Source of the DNA: an uncultured Verrucomicrobiota bacterium
GTDB lineage: Bacteria; Verrucomicrobiota; Kiritimatiellia; CAIQIC01; Lenti-01
Direction of reading: 5' to 3'
DNA: 64,000 nt
NCBI GenBank assembly: GCA_964436715.1
Contig: CAYTEK010000002.1
Coordinates: 4,282-68,281 of the forward strand
Part shown: positions 37,736 to 47,284 of the stretch, piece after piece
Numbering within the stretch: position 1 is the first letter of the stretch
How the letters are laid out: each line of letters begins with the position of its first letter
Notes under the pieces: generated by a model
Seen by the model: only the letters and a program-made list of their open reading frames with translations
The model's database searches: none
What the model was told of the DNA's origin: nothing
Made by a program: the position numbers and the translations under genes

Positions 37736-38754
37736 GGTTCCAGCACCCGTTTCCAATCGGCCAAGGCGCGTTCCAGCTGTTCCCGCTGCAACTCGGCGGC
37801 GGCGCGCGCCGGCGGCTGCGCCAAACAAGCGACCGCGCGCCGGACATCGTCCGCCGACGCGGGATCCACAGGCATGGCCAGCGCCCGTTCGGCGGACGGC
37901 AGGCGGGCGTGCTGGCGCGGATGGACCAGCACGTGGCAGCCGGCGGCCAGCGCATCGGTCGCCGTGGTCTTGCTGCCGTAGCCCAACGGCGACAGCACGG
38001 CCGCCGCCTTGGCTCCGCACAGCAGCGCCCACGGCTCGGCCACGCGCCCCAGGCGCTCCACGTTTTCCGGCCAGGCGTCCGGCGGCGCATCCAGCAACCC
38101 GGCGCTCGCCGCCAAGCGCCGGCCGGCCCATTCGGGCCGGCGCGCCAGCGCGGCAAAGCCGGCGACGTGGCCGCGACCGATGGCATCGCGCGTGCCGGCG
38201 AGGCAGACCACGTCGAATTCGCGCTGCGCCCACAACCGGGGACGCACGTCCGGCCGCAGCGCCGGCCACGGACAGAAATAGGGCGCGGAATGGCGGCGCG
38301 CGGCGCCCGCCAAGCGCGCCCAGTAATGGTCGTCGTCCCACGGGCTGATGCCCGCGAGCGCATCCGCGGCTTGGCAGCAACGCCGGTCGCGGCCCAGCAG
38401 CCGGAAGAAGCCATAGACGTCGCGCGGCAGGCCGCGCAGCCGGCGCCAATCCTTTTGCGCGCGAGCCCAATGCTGGTACGCCTCCGCGTTGACGGTGCGC
38501 AATACGATCCGCGCTTGCGGGCAGCGCCGCTTCAGTTTCTCCATGGCTTCGGGCCAGAACGTGTAATACCAGATCGCGACGTCCGCCGCGGAACCGATCA
38601 GCGCGGCGAGTTCGCCGACGTTGCCGCCGTCGAACCGGAACTCCCGCCACGCGACGTCGAGCCACGCGAGCACGAGGCGGATGCCCTGCAGATCCTTCCA
38701 TTGGCCGGCGCCGGGCCGGCCTTCCCACGTCGTGGGCACCACCAGCCAGATCAT
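37732..38754 (-). CDS. Hypothetical protein, possibly a GT-B-fold glycosyltransferase-like protein
   Basis: Coding-like. C-terminal 'LSPLGYGSKTTATDALAAGCHVLV'. ATGA overlaps on both sides. Confidence 0.45.
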   Translation of the reverse strand: MIWLVVPTTWEGRPGAGQWKDLQGIRLVLAWLDVAWREFRFDGGNVGELAALIGSAADVAIWYYTFWPEAMEKLKRRCPQARIVLRTVNAEAYQHWARAQKDWRRLRGLPRDVYGFFRLLGRDRRCCQAADALAGISPWDDDHYWARLAGAARRHSAPYFCPWPALRPDVRPRLWAQREFDVVCLAGTRDAIGRGHVAGFAALARRPEWAGRRLAASAGLLDAPPDAWPENVERLGRVAEPWALLCGAKAAAVLSPLGYGSKTTATDALAAGCHVLVHPRQHARLPSAERALAMPVDPASADDVRRAVACLAQPPARAAAELQREQLERALADWKRVLEP

Positions 38755-39761
38755 GGCGCCGCGCCCTCCGCGAGTTGCCGCCGGTCGCGGACCACGCGGC
38801 TTTCCGTCGGCTCCGCCAGGATGCGGCGCAACAGTTCGCTGTTGCGATGGCCGCTTTGCTTCTGCGGCGCCGGCGGATGCCACAAATGGATCGCCGGCAG
38901 GAACGACCCGGGATACAGCTTGCGCGTCCGCAAGCGATCGAGAAATTCCACGTCCTCCCCGCCCCAGCCTTCGAACCGTTCGTCGTGGCCGCCGATTTCG
39001 AAGTAGGTTTCGCGGCGGATCACCGCGACGAGCCCGGGATTGTTCTGGTGCACGAACGCCACTTCGCGAACCGCCGCCGGAGATCCCTGTCGCATGAATT
39101 CCCGGCTGTCGGGGGCATCCAGCAAGAAGAGGAAGCGCAGCGGACGCACGGCTTCCCAGCCGCGGTCCAAGCATTCGACGGAACGCGCGAGAAAATCGGG
39201 CGACGGCACGACGTCGGCGTCGAGCAGGATCAAGATCGGATTTCGCGCGGCCCGGGCGCCGGCGTTCATGGCTTTGCTTTTGTTGAACGCTTCGTCCGCC
39301 GCCGCCGGCACGAACAGGTGCCGAATCCCGCGCGGCCAATCGCGGGCATAGCGCGGCGCGACGTCGTGCTCGCAAAGCAGCACTTCCGATTCCGCTCCGA
39401 TCATGCGGCGCAGGGTCTCGGCGACGAACGCGACGGCGGCAAACCGCGCTTCGCCCCGCACGGGCAAAATCACCGAAACGGGAGACGCGAAAGCGACCTG
39501 CCGTTCGCACCAGACGTGGCGCAACAGCCGCGCACCCGTGGTCGGAAACGTTCGGCAAGCCGTCAAAAACGAAGAATCGGACCACCGGCAAATTCGCCCG
39601 GCGCCATCGGGGGTCTTTTCCAATCGCTCGTTCCGGTTGTGCAAATCCACCCACTCCAGGCCCAGGCGGCGAGCCAAGCCGGGCGCGCGCAAAACCAGTT
39701 CCAGGCGCCAACGTTCGTGCAGCCAGCACCCCAGTTTCTGCTTGGGCGTGGGCGCGTTCAT
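38751..39761 (-). CDS. Glycosyltransferase family 2-like (galactosyltransferase-type C-terminal 'FEGWGGEDVEF' motif)
   Basis: 'ILILLDADVVP' DXD motif and 'ERFEGWGGEDVEFLDRL'. Confidence 0.6.
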   Translation of the reverse strand: MNAPTPKQKLGCWLHERWRLELVLRAPGLARRLGLEWVDLHNRNERLEKTPDGAGRICRWSDSSFLTACRTFPTTGARLLRHVWCERQVAFASPVSVILPVRGEARFAAVAFVAETLRRMIGAESEVLLCEHDVAPRYARDWPRGIRHLFVPAAADEAFNKSKAMNAGARAARNPILILLDADVVPSPDFLARSVECLDRGWEAVRPLRFLFLLDAPDSREFMRQGSPAAVREVAFVHQNNPGLVAVIRRETYFEIGGHDERFEGWGGEDVEFLDRLRTRKLYPGSFLPAIHLWHPPAPQKQSGHRNSELLRRILAEPTESRVVRDRRQLAEGAAP

Positions 39762-40699
39762 GGTTTCCTGCCCAGCCATTTCCGGCGCAGCCGGGTCAAT
39801 GCGAAATAGCCCGGCACCAGGCGATGCTTGGGCAACAGGGGCGAAAACAACAGCGTCGGCCGGCGCACCAGCGCCTGCCATGCCGCGCGCGTCAGTTCGG
39901 CGTCGCTCCACGGCCCGCCGTAGCGGAACTTGAGCAGCGCGGCGCCCGCGGCCGCCGCGCGACGCAGCGCCCGCGGCGCGGCCGCGAGTTCGCGGGAATC
40001 CGCCAGCATCTTCAAGTACTCGCGGTAGATGGCGGCGAGATGCCGGTCGCGCTGCTCGGGATGCGATCGATAGGCCGCTCGCACCTGCCGGGACTGGACC
40101 ACCTCCGCATGGAACGCCAGGCGGATCCACAGATCCGTGTCCGGCACGTGCGGGATGGCGGGATTCCACCCGCCGAGTTCCAGCGCGAGCTCGCGGCGGA
40201 AGAACGCCGCGGGCTGATAGACGAACAGTTCGCGCGCCAGCAGCCGGGCGAGCGAATACGCGGGCTGCCGCGGCGAAAACAGGAGGCGGCCCGCCGCATC
40301 CACGCGTTCGACGTCGCCGAACACCAGTCCCGCCGCCGGATGGGATTGAAATTCCCGCACCGCGGCGGCGAAGGCGCCGGGCAGATAATAATCGTCCGAA
40401 CTCTGGATGGCGGCGAGGGCGCCGCGCGCGCGGCGCAGGCCCTTGTTCGCGGCATCCACCACGCCTTGGTCCGGTTCCGACGTCCAGCGCAACTCGGGCA
40501 AGGCGCCGAAGGACTTGAGGACGTCCACGGTGTCGTCGGTGGAGGCGCCATCCACCACGACGATCTCGATGGGCCGGTACTCCTGCTCCAGGCACGATTC
40601 GATCGTGCGCCGAATGAACGCGCCTTGGTTGTAGCTGGGCACGACGACGGACAGCAACGGCTGTTCCGGCAGCGGCGGGAGCGAAAGTGGCGCGTTCAT
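39758..40699 (-). CDS. Glycosyltransferase family 2
   Basis: 'LSVVVPSYNQGAFI...IEIVVVDGASTDDT' and the 'SSDDYY' DXD-like motif. Confidence 0.7.
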   Translation of the reverse strand: MNAPLSLPPLPEQPLLSVVVPSYNQGAFIRRTIESCLEQEYRPIEIVVVDGASTDDTVDVLKSFGALPELRWTSEPDQGVVDAANKGLRRARGALAAIQSSDDYYLPGAFAAAVREFQSHPAAGLVFGDVERVDAAGRLLFSPRQPAYSLARLLARELFVYQPAAFFRRELALELGGWNPAIPHVPDTDLWIRLAFHAEVVQSRQVRAAYRSHPEQRDRHLAAIYREYLKMLADSRELAAAPRALRRAAAAGAALLKFRYGGPWSDAELTRAAWQALVRRPTLLFSPLLPKHRLVPGYFALTRLRRKWLGRKP

Positions 40700-41715
40700 G
40701 GCTTCGGCATCCGGCGCAGGTCGTCCAGCCACGCCGCGACCAGCGGCAGTTCCTCCGGCGGAAAGATGCCCTGCCCTACCAGCGCGGCATAGCACGCGCG
40801 CAGGTTGTCCGCCACGCGCTCCGCGCCGGCCGGCAGCGCAAGCGCGGACAGGATTTCCGCGATGCGTTCATTGCGGAGGTAGCCCGGCACTTCGTCCTCG
40901 AAATCGCGCAGATAATCGTGGGGATTGCGGTCCTGCACGACTTCCGGCGCATGGAAGGCCACGCCCGCGCCCAAGGCCCACAGGCAGCGCTGGGCTACGA
41001 AGCTCTTCCAGATGTCGCACATGCGGAACGCGCAGTGGCTGGGCACGTACAGCAGCGGAAAGGCGATGGGCCACCACCACGTGCTCTGCGTGTTGAACGG
41101 GCACCACTGGCCCGCGCCGAGCCAGACGGACGGCCGCGCATCGAAATCGAACGGCCGATCCTGCACGAGGCGCCACACCGCATCGACGTCGGGCGAGCCG
41201 TTGACGAGTCCCTGCTGGATCGGCGCACGGACGGCCGGCCCCGGCGCGCCGCAGGGCGCCGCGGGCGCGGACGCGCGCGCGAGCGGAAAACCTCGCGGCC
41301 AAATCCGCGAATCGTCCGTGAAATGGCGGTAGACGTTCACCCAGCCGGCGCCCTCCACGCGGCGCGGCGCCGCCACGGTCTCGGCGCGCGGCGCCCAGGT
41401 CGCCAGCGGCGCGTTGTCGTCGTCGGTTTCGTAGATGCACGTGGCGCCGGCGCGGATGGCGTGGAGATAGCCGACGTTCTTGCGCGCGTAGTGGCCCGTC
41501 GGCAGCGCCCGCGCGAGGGCGAAGCCGCTGGCGCGCTGGGCGGCCAGGTCCAGGAAATCGCACTCCGGCAAATCGAACGCGGCGGGGCCCTTCTGGTCCC
41601 CCGCCACGACGAGGCGCCCGCCGACCTGCGCCAGCCGGCGCTGCAGTTCGCGCACCGCCGGCGTCGGCGGCTGGATCGTGGTGACGACGGCGAACAGTTC
41701 CGGCCGCGCGCTCAC
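40696..41715 (-). CDS. DUF288/STELLO-like putative glycosyltransferase
   Basis: 'LFAVVTTIQPPT...ARKNVGYLHAIRAGATCIYETDDDN'. GTG start forms a GTGA overlap with the wzt stop. Confidence 0.45.
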   Translation of the reverse strand: MSARPELFAVVTTIQPPTPAVRELQRRLAQVGGRLVVAGDQKGPAAFDLPECDFLDLAAQRASGFALARALPTGHYARKNVGYLHAIRAGATCIYETDDDNAPLATWAPRAETVAAPRRVEGAGWVNVYRHFTDDSRIWPRGFPLARASAPAAPCGAPGPAVRAPIQQGLVNGSPDVDAVWRLVQDRPFDFDARPSVWLGAGQWCPFNTQSTWWWPIAFPLLYVPSHCAFRMCDIWKSFVAQRCLWALGAGVAFHAPEVVQDRNPHDYLRDFEDEVPGYLRNERIAEILSALALPAGAERVADNLRACYAALVGQGIFPPEELPLVAAWLDDLRRMPKP

Positions 41716-42974
41716 GGGCCCTCCTCCGCGCCGGCGAGGGCGCATTCGCCGCGCACGACGATCAGGCCCTCGCGCGCCTCGCCGCGATAGCCGTTGCCGT
41801 AGAGGTCGGACTCGATGACGTCGAAATGCAGCGCGCCGTCCACGCGGTCGATCAGGCGCACGCCGGGTTCGAACACGAGCAGATCCAGCGAATAGGCGCC
41901 GGCCATCAGCGGCAGCTCGGGAATTTCCAGGCGCGCCAATTCGCGCGGATGCCGCGGCGCGGCGCCGAAGCCGCCGGACATCGCGGAATTGAAGTGGCAG
42001 ATCTTCTGGTCGAACACGGAACGCACCGTGAGGCCGACGACGGCGGACGGATAGCGGTCGAAGCCCTCGAGCCGGACGTCCACCCGCAGGCTGTCGCCCG
42101 TCCGCGCGGACGACACGGGGCACCCTTGCGCGTCCACCATGCGCGCGGCCTGCAGCAGCAGCGGCGCCTGCGGCAGCACCGGCTGGCGGGGATGGAACGA
42201 AACGTAGCCCCGGGCATCCTGCGCCTGGCTGTCTTCCGTGCTGTGGATGTAGGTCTGGATCACTTCGTCCGCCGGACCGATGCCCGCCACCCGGCCCTGG
42301 CGCAGCATCAGCGCGCGATGGCACAGGCTGCTCACGGCCGCCATGTTGTGGCTGACGAACAGCACGGTGCGCCCGCCGCTCGCCACGTCCTGCATGGCGC
42401 CGAGGCACTTGCGCTGGAAGGCGACGTCGCCCACGGCGAGCACTTCGTCGATCAGGAGAATCTCCGGCCGCAGATGGGCGGCCACGGCGAACGCGAGCCG
42501 CACCTGCATGCCCGAACTGTAGCGCTTGACGGGCGTGTCCATGAACTTTTCCAGGCCGGCGAAATCCACGATGCGTTCATATTCTTCGACGATCTCCCGC
42601 CGGCGCAGGCCAAGGATCGTGCCGTTGAGAAACACGTTTTCGCGGCCGGTCAATTCGGGATGGAAGCCGGTGCCCACCTCCAGCAGCGACGCGATGCGGC
42701 CGCGCAGCGTGGCTGCGCCGGTCGTGGGATCGGTGATGCCCGCCAGGATTTTCAGCAGCGTGCTCTTGCCGGCGCCGTTGGAGCCGATGATGCCGAACAC
42801 TTCGCCTTCGTTCACGGCGAAATCGACGTCGGCGAGCGCATGCAGGACCGGCGCCGGCGCGCCGCGCCGCCCCCGCAGCCGGTCGGCCAGTTTCGCCGTC
42901 CAATCGCGATGGATTTCCCCGAGCCGGAACGTCTTGCCCAGCCGGGCGACTTCGATGATGGGCGGCGCGCTCAT
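41712..42974 (-). CDS. wzt: Polysaccharide ABC exporter ATP-binding protein Wzt/TagH-like with ~170-aa C-terminal extension (putative carbohydrate-binding domain)
   Basis: 'GIIGSNGAGKSTLLK', 'YSSGMQVRLAFAVA', 'ILLIDEVLAVGD', then an extra C-terminal beta-rich region. ATGA overlap with wzm. Confidence 0.85.
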   Translation of the reverse strand: MSAPPIIEVARLGKTFRLGEIHRDWTAKLADRLRGRRGAPAPVLHALADVDFAVNEGEVFGIIGSNGAGKSTLLKILAGITDPTTGAATLRGRIASLLEVGTGFHPELTGRENVFLNGTILGLRRREIVEEYERIVDFAGLEKFMDTPVKRYSSGMQVRLAFAVAAHLRPEILLIDEVLAVGDVAFQRKCLGAMQDVASGGRTVLFVSHNMAAVSSLCHRALMLRQGRVAGIGPADEVIQTYIHSTEDSQAQDARGYVSFHPRQPVLPQAPLLLQAARMVDAQGCPVSSARTGDSLRVDVRLEGFDRYPSAVVGLTVRSVFDQKICHFNSAMSGGFGAAPRHPRELARLEIPELPLMAGAYSLDLLVFEPGVRLIDRVDGALHFDVIESDLYGNGYRGEAREGLIVVRGECALAGAEEGP

Positions 42975-43807
42975 ATGACGTCCGCCACCGTGCGTTCGAC
43001 GCGTCGGAAAAACACCATCCCCGACACCAGCAACAGGATGGAAAGCAGGAAGCCCGCGCCCATCACGGGCCAGCCGACGACGGACTTGCCGAGCAGCGCC
43101 CACCGAAACCCTTCGACGACGCCGGTCATGGGATTGAGCTGCAGCAGCCATTGGAAGCGTTCGGGCAGGAGCTTCACGGCATAGACCACCGGCGTGACGA
43201 ACATGCCCAGCTGGATCAGGTACGGCACCAGGTGCTGGACGTCGCGGTAGCGCACCGCCGCGGCGCTGAGCCACAGCGAAAGTCCGCCGGCGAAAACGAT
43301 GGCCGGCAGCAGGAACGCGGGAAACAGCAGCATTTGCGGGCCGAACGCCACGTCGGCGCGGTACCACGCCATCAGGCCGAACAAGACGATCAGCGACAGC
43401 GCCAGATCGATCAGGCTGGTGAACAGATACGAGAACGGCAGGATCATGCGCGGAAAATAGACCTTGTTGATCATGTTGCCGCCGGCGATCAGGCTGCCGG
43501 TGGCGCTGGTGATCGTCGTGGCGAAATAGGTCCACGGCAGCAGGCCGGCATACAGGAAGACCGGATAGGGAATGCCGTCGGACGGCAAGTCGGCCAACCG
43601 GCCGAACACGACGCTGAACACGAGCATTTGCATCACCGGCTTGAGAATGGCCCACGCGATGCCGATCACGCTCTGCTTGTAGCGCACCGTCAGGTTGCGC
43701 CAAACCAGCGTGCCCAGCAAATCGCGGTAATCCCACAATTCGCCCAGCGCCAGGTCGAACCAGCCGGTCCGCGGGCGGCGCACGTATTCCGTTCGCGCTG
43801 CGGCCAT
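42971..43807 (-). CDS. wzm: ABC-2 type polysaccharide exporter permease Wzm-like
   Basis: Six-TM ABC-2 permease: 'LLGTLVWRNLTVRYKQSVIGIAWAILKPV...'. Confidence 0.8.
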   Translation of the reverse strand: MAAARTEYVRRPRTGWFDLALGELWDYRDLLGTLVWRNLTVRYKQSVIGIAWAILKPVMQMLVFSVVFGRLADLPSDGIPYPVFLYAGLLPWTYFATTITSATGSLIAGGNMINKVYFPRMILPFSYLFTSLIDLALSLIVLFGLMAWYRADVAFGPQMLLFPAFLLPAIVFAGGLSLWLSAAAVRYRDVQHLVPYLIQLGMFVTPVVYAVKLLPERFQWLLQLNPMTGVVEGFRWALLGKSVVGWPVMGAGFLLSILLLVSGMVFFRRVERTVADVI

Positions 43808-43810
43808 GGG

Positions 43811-45124
43811 TCACCCGCTCCCCAACGGTTCGGCGCCGGACGTCGCCGGCCGGGCGCCGAGCCAAATGCCGGCCCAGGCGGCGGCGATCAGCGCAAGCAA
43901 CGGAATGCGCAGGGGAAAATCGACGACGCCATGGAGCGCGCACGCGACCAACCCCAGGCCGAAGGCGCGGCGTTCGAAATCCGCGAAGGACGGAATTTCG
44001 TCCGGCTCGGCGCGAACGGGTTTGCGGGCGGACAGCGCCAGCGCCGCGATCGCCGCCAGCGCCAGCAATCCCGCCCCGCCGTATTCGACGCCGAACTGAA
44101 CCGGCTCGCAGTGGGCATGCCGGATGGCCAGCCCCGCATAGGCATCGGATTGGTAATACGGGAAAACGGCGGGAAACGCGCCCGGACCGATGCCCCAGAC
44201 GGGCCGCGCCTGCCATGCGGCCAACGCGTCCTTCAAGATGCCGGAACGAAACGCCCATTCCTTGCCGATGGTTCCCAGATGCCGCCATTCGTTCCAGAAC
44301 GCGCGCACGGCGAAGCCCGCCGCCGCCACCACGGCGGCGGCGGCCGCGACCTTGAGCCCCCGCGAAGCGGGGATGCCGGCGAACGGATAGTCTCGGACCG
44401 TCCGACGATGCCATGCGACGCAGGCCGCCACCAGCAGGGCCATGACGGCCACGCCGGCGCGGGAACCGCACGCCACCGTCGCCGCCGCCGCCAGGCCCGC
44501 GGCCAGCAGATACAGCCCGGCGGGACTGGACGGACGTCCGGCCTGCACGGCGCGGAAACGCGCGCGCGCCGCCGCCGCCAGCACCACCGGCAACAGCAGG
44601 TTGGCATACACGGCATAATGGTTTTCGTTGACGAAAATGCCGGTGTAGGCGCGGATGCGCGGCGCGTTCGGCTCCAGCCGCTGCGCCAAGACCACCAGCG
44701 CCATCGCCGCCGCCGCCACGGCCACGAAGCCCTCCAGCCGGCGAATCTGCCGCCGCGAAAGCACGAAGCCGGAAGCAAACGCGGCGAACGCAGCCACGCC
44801 CAGGCACAGCGTCGCCCACGTGCCGGCGGAATCGGCGGAAGCCGGCCAGCCGCGCCAATGCGCCCGCGGCATCAGGCCGCGCCCGGCGCTCCATTCGTGG
44901 GACGGATTCCACGCGTAGAGGAAAATCAAGCCCAGCAGGCAACCGCCGGCCACCCAGATCCGTCCGGGCAGGGAACCGGCGAGCAGGCAACCGCCCAAGG
45001 CCAGCAGCGCGCAACCCGGCAGCCACGCGAGGTTCCACGGCGCGGGCAACGGAACGTTCACGGCGGAGGCCCCCAGCAGCAGCAGGAGCAACGGCAGCGC
45101 GAATGGAGAATCGGCGGACTTCAT
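43811..45124 (-). CDS. O-antigen ligase family (Wzy-like) membrane protein, copy 2
   Basis: Multi-TM with the loop 'IFVNENHYAVYANLLLPV' and 'HAHCEPVQFGVEYGGAGLLAL'. ATGA overlap with the wzc stop. Confidence 0.65.
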   Translation of the reverse strand: MKSADSPFALPLLLLLLGASAVNVPLPAPWNLAWLPGCALLALGGCLLAGSLPGRIWVAGGCLLGLIFLYAWNPSHEWSAGRGLMPRAHWRGWPASADSAGTWATLCLGVAAFAAFASGFVLSRRQIRRLEGFVAVAAAAMALVVLAQRLEPNAPRIRAYTGIFVNENHYAVYANLLLPVVLAAAARARFRAVQAGRPSSPAGLYLLAAGLAAAATVACGSRAGVAVMALLVAACVAWHRRTVRDYPFAGIPASRGLKVAAAAAVVAAAGFAVRAFWNEWRHLGTIGKEWAFRSGILKDALAAWQARPVWGIGPGAFPAVFPYYQSDAYAGLAIRHAHCEPVQFGVEYGGAGLLALAAIAALALSARKPVRAEPDEIPSFADFERRAFGLGLVACALHGVVDFPLRIPLLALIAAAWAGIWLGARPATSGAEPLGSG

Positions 45125-47268
45125 CCCTGGGTCGGCGGCGGCGTTTCGGCCGGCTGGCTTTGGTAATACCGATAGGCATAGCCGCCGTAGCGCCGGTAAT
45201 AATAATAGTTGGCCATGGAATTGAGATTGACCCCGTTCAGGATGCTGCCGAGGCAAGGCGTGCCGCTTTCCCGCAGCTTGAGCGCCGCGTGGCTCGCGCC
45301 CAGGCTGTGCGTGACGCCGTAGCGCACCACGAACAGCACGCCGTCCACGTCCGGCAGCAGGACGAGCGAATCGCTGACGCCGAGCACCGGCGGCGCATCG
45401 ACGATGACGTGCTCGTAGACTTCCTTCGCTTCCCGCAGGAAATCGGACAACGCGCGCCGCCCCAGCAGTTCGGCCGGATGCGACGGAATCCGGCCCGACA
45501 ACAGCACGTCGAGATTCGGCACGTCGTTCTTGAACAGCGCCGCCTGCCACCGGACTTTTTCCTGCAGCACGTCGGCCAACCCCGCGCCTTCGCGATCGCC
45601 GCCGAAGATCTTGGTCAAGGCGGGCCGCCGCAGATCGGCGCCGACCAGCAGCGTGCGCCGGCCGTCCTGCGCGAGGCTGACGGCCAGATTGGCGGACACG
45701 AGGGATTTGCCCTCGCCCGGCCCCGCGCTGGTGACCATCAGGACGGGCGCGTTGCGCACGTCCTCCCGCAAGAGCAGGCTGGCGCGCAGGGTGCGGAACG
45801 CCTCGGCCGTTTCGCCGGTCCGCTTGAGATGGGCGACCAAGCCGCGCTCGCGATCGGTCTTGTCGTAGATCAGCGGAATCGTGGCCAGCACGGGCAGGCC
45901 CAGCAGGCGTTCGACTTCCTCGTTGCGGCGGAAGCGATGATCGGCGTAGTAGAACAGGAAGATCGCGCCCAATCCGAGGATCAGGCCGAAGGCGGCGCCA
46001 CGCACCGCGGCCTGGCCGAGCCGCGGGCGGAACGGCGCCTTCGCGGGCCGGGCCTCTTCGGCCAGCCGGATGACGTCGGTCGGCATCGACTCGGAGATGC
46101 TGGCCTCCTTCATGCGCGCGATGACGGCCTGGTGGATTTCCTGGTCGGCCTCGATGTTGCGCTTGAGTTCGTTGTAGCGCACGAGCTTGCGATCCAGTTC
46201 GAACGCCGCCCGTTCCTGTTCCTGCAGCGCGGTCTGGAGCCCCTTCTCCCGTTCGACCAGCATCTCGTAGCGGCTTTTCAGCGCATAGAGGGCGTCGGTG
46301 CAAGCGTCTTCGAACTGCTTCTTGAACTTCTCTTCCAACTCAACCGCCTGCTGCAGGTCGGGATGCCGATCGCGATAGCGCTGCTGCAAGCCGGCGACCT
46401 CGCGCTGCTGTTCCTGCAGCTTCTGGAGCGCCGTTTGGACGGCCAGGTCGTTCAGCACCGCCGCGATCTGGGTCAACGGCGTCCGCGCGTCGATCTGCGC
46501 CTGCACGGATTTCCACATGGTTTCGGCCTGGATGCGATCCGTCTGCGCCGACGTCAACGCGCCGTTCAAGGCCTTGAGCTTCTCGATGACGATGTTTTGG
46601 TCTTCCTCGAGGGAAACCGACCCGGTCTGCTCGCGATATTCCTGGAGTTCGAGCAGGCCCTTTTCCAGCTTCTCGCGGTATTCCTCCGAACGCTCGCGAA
46701 GCCAATCGACGGCCTGCATGGAAGCGCCCATGCGGTTGTCGAGATCCTGCTGGATGTAGGACTGCGCCAAGGCGTTGGCCAGGTTGGCGGCCAGTTGCGG
46801 ATCCGAATGCTCGACGACGATGTTGATCATCCGGCTCTTCTCGACGGCGGTGAGGGTGACGAACCCCTGCGCGATCTCGATTTTTTCGTCCGCCGTCTTG
46901 CCGGGCAGGAAGCGCGGATCCTGCGCCAGCCCGCTGCGCTCCAGCGCCTGGGCCATCATGTTGCGGCTGTGCAGGGCGTTGAGGTGGGTGTTGAAATATT
47001 CCAGGTTGCGCGTGTTGTAGGCCAGCACGTCCTGGTAATTGAGGATCTTGGGAATCTGCGCCTCGACCAGCAGCGTGGCGGTGCTGCGATAGCAGGGCGT
47101 CTGGCGCCGGGCCTGGAAGAAGAACGCCAGGAAGACGAGGGACGCGATCAACACGCCCAGCCAGGCGCGCTCCATGAGAATGGCGACGCCTTCCCGCCAA
47201 TCGGGGAATTTCGAAAGCGGGCCGTCCGCGCTTTCCGCTTCGCCGGCGACGTATGGAGTTTTGCTCAT
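45121..47268 (-). CDS. wzc: Polysaccharide co-polymerase with C-terminal BY-kinase (Wzc/GumC/EpsB-like tyrosine autokinase)
   Basis: N-terminal TM, long coiled coil and second TM, then 'VTSAGPGEGKSLVSANLA' Walker A, 'VIVDAPPV' Walker B, and a C-terminal Tyr cluster 'YYYYRRYGGYAYRYYQ'. Confidence 0.85.
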   Translation of the reverse strand: MSKTPYVAGEAESADGPLSKFPDWREGVAILMERAWLGVLIASLVFLAFFFQARRQTPCYRSTATLLVEAQIPKILNYQDVLAYNTRNLEYFNTHLNALHSRNMMAQALERSGLAQDPRFLPGKTADEKIEIAQGFVTLTAVEKSRMINIVVEHSDPQLAANLANALAQSYIQQDLDNRMGASMQAVDWLRERSEEYREKLEKGLLELQEYREQTGSVSLEEDQNIVIEKLKALNGALTSAQTDRIQAETMWKSVQAQIDARTPLTQIAAVLNDLAVQTALQKLQEQQREVAGLQQRYRDRHPDLQQAVELEEKFKKQFEDACTDALYALKSRYEMLVEREKGLQTALQEQERAAFELDRKLVRYNELKRNIEADQEIHQAVIARMKEASISESMPTDVIRLAEEARPAKAPFRPRLGQAAVRGAAFGLILGLGAIFLFYYADHRFRRNEEVERLLGLPVLATIPLIYDKTDRERGLVAHLKRTGETAEAFRTLRASLLLREDVRNAPVLMVTSAGPGEGKSLVSANLAVSLAQDGRRTLLVGADLRRPALTKIFGGDREGAGLADVLQEKVRWQAALFKNDVPNLDVLLSGRIPSHPAELLGRRALSDFLREAKEVYEHVIVDAPPVLGVSDSLVLLPDVDGVLFVVRYGVTHSLGASHAALKLRESGTPCLGSILNGVNLNSMANYYYYRRYGGYAYRYYQSQPAETPPPTQG

Positions 47269-47284
47269 CGTTCGCTCCCGTCCG

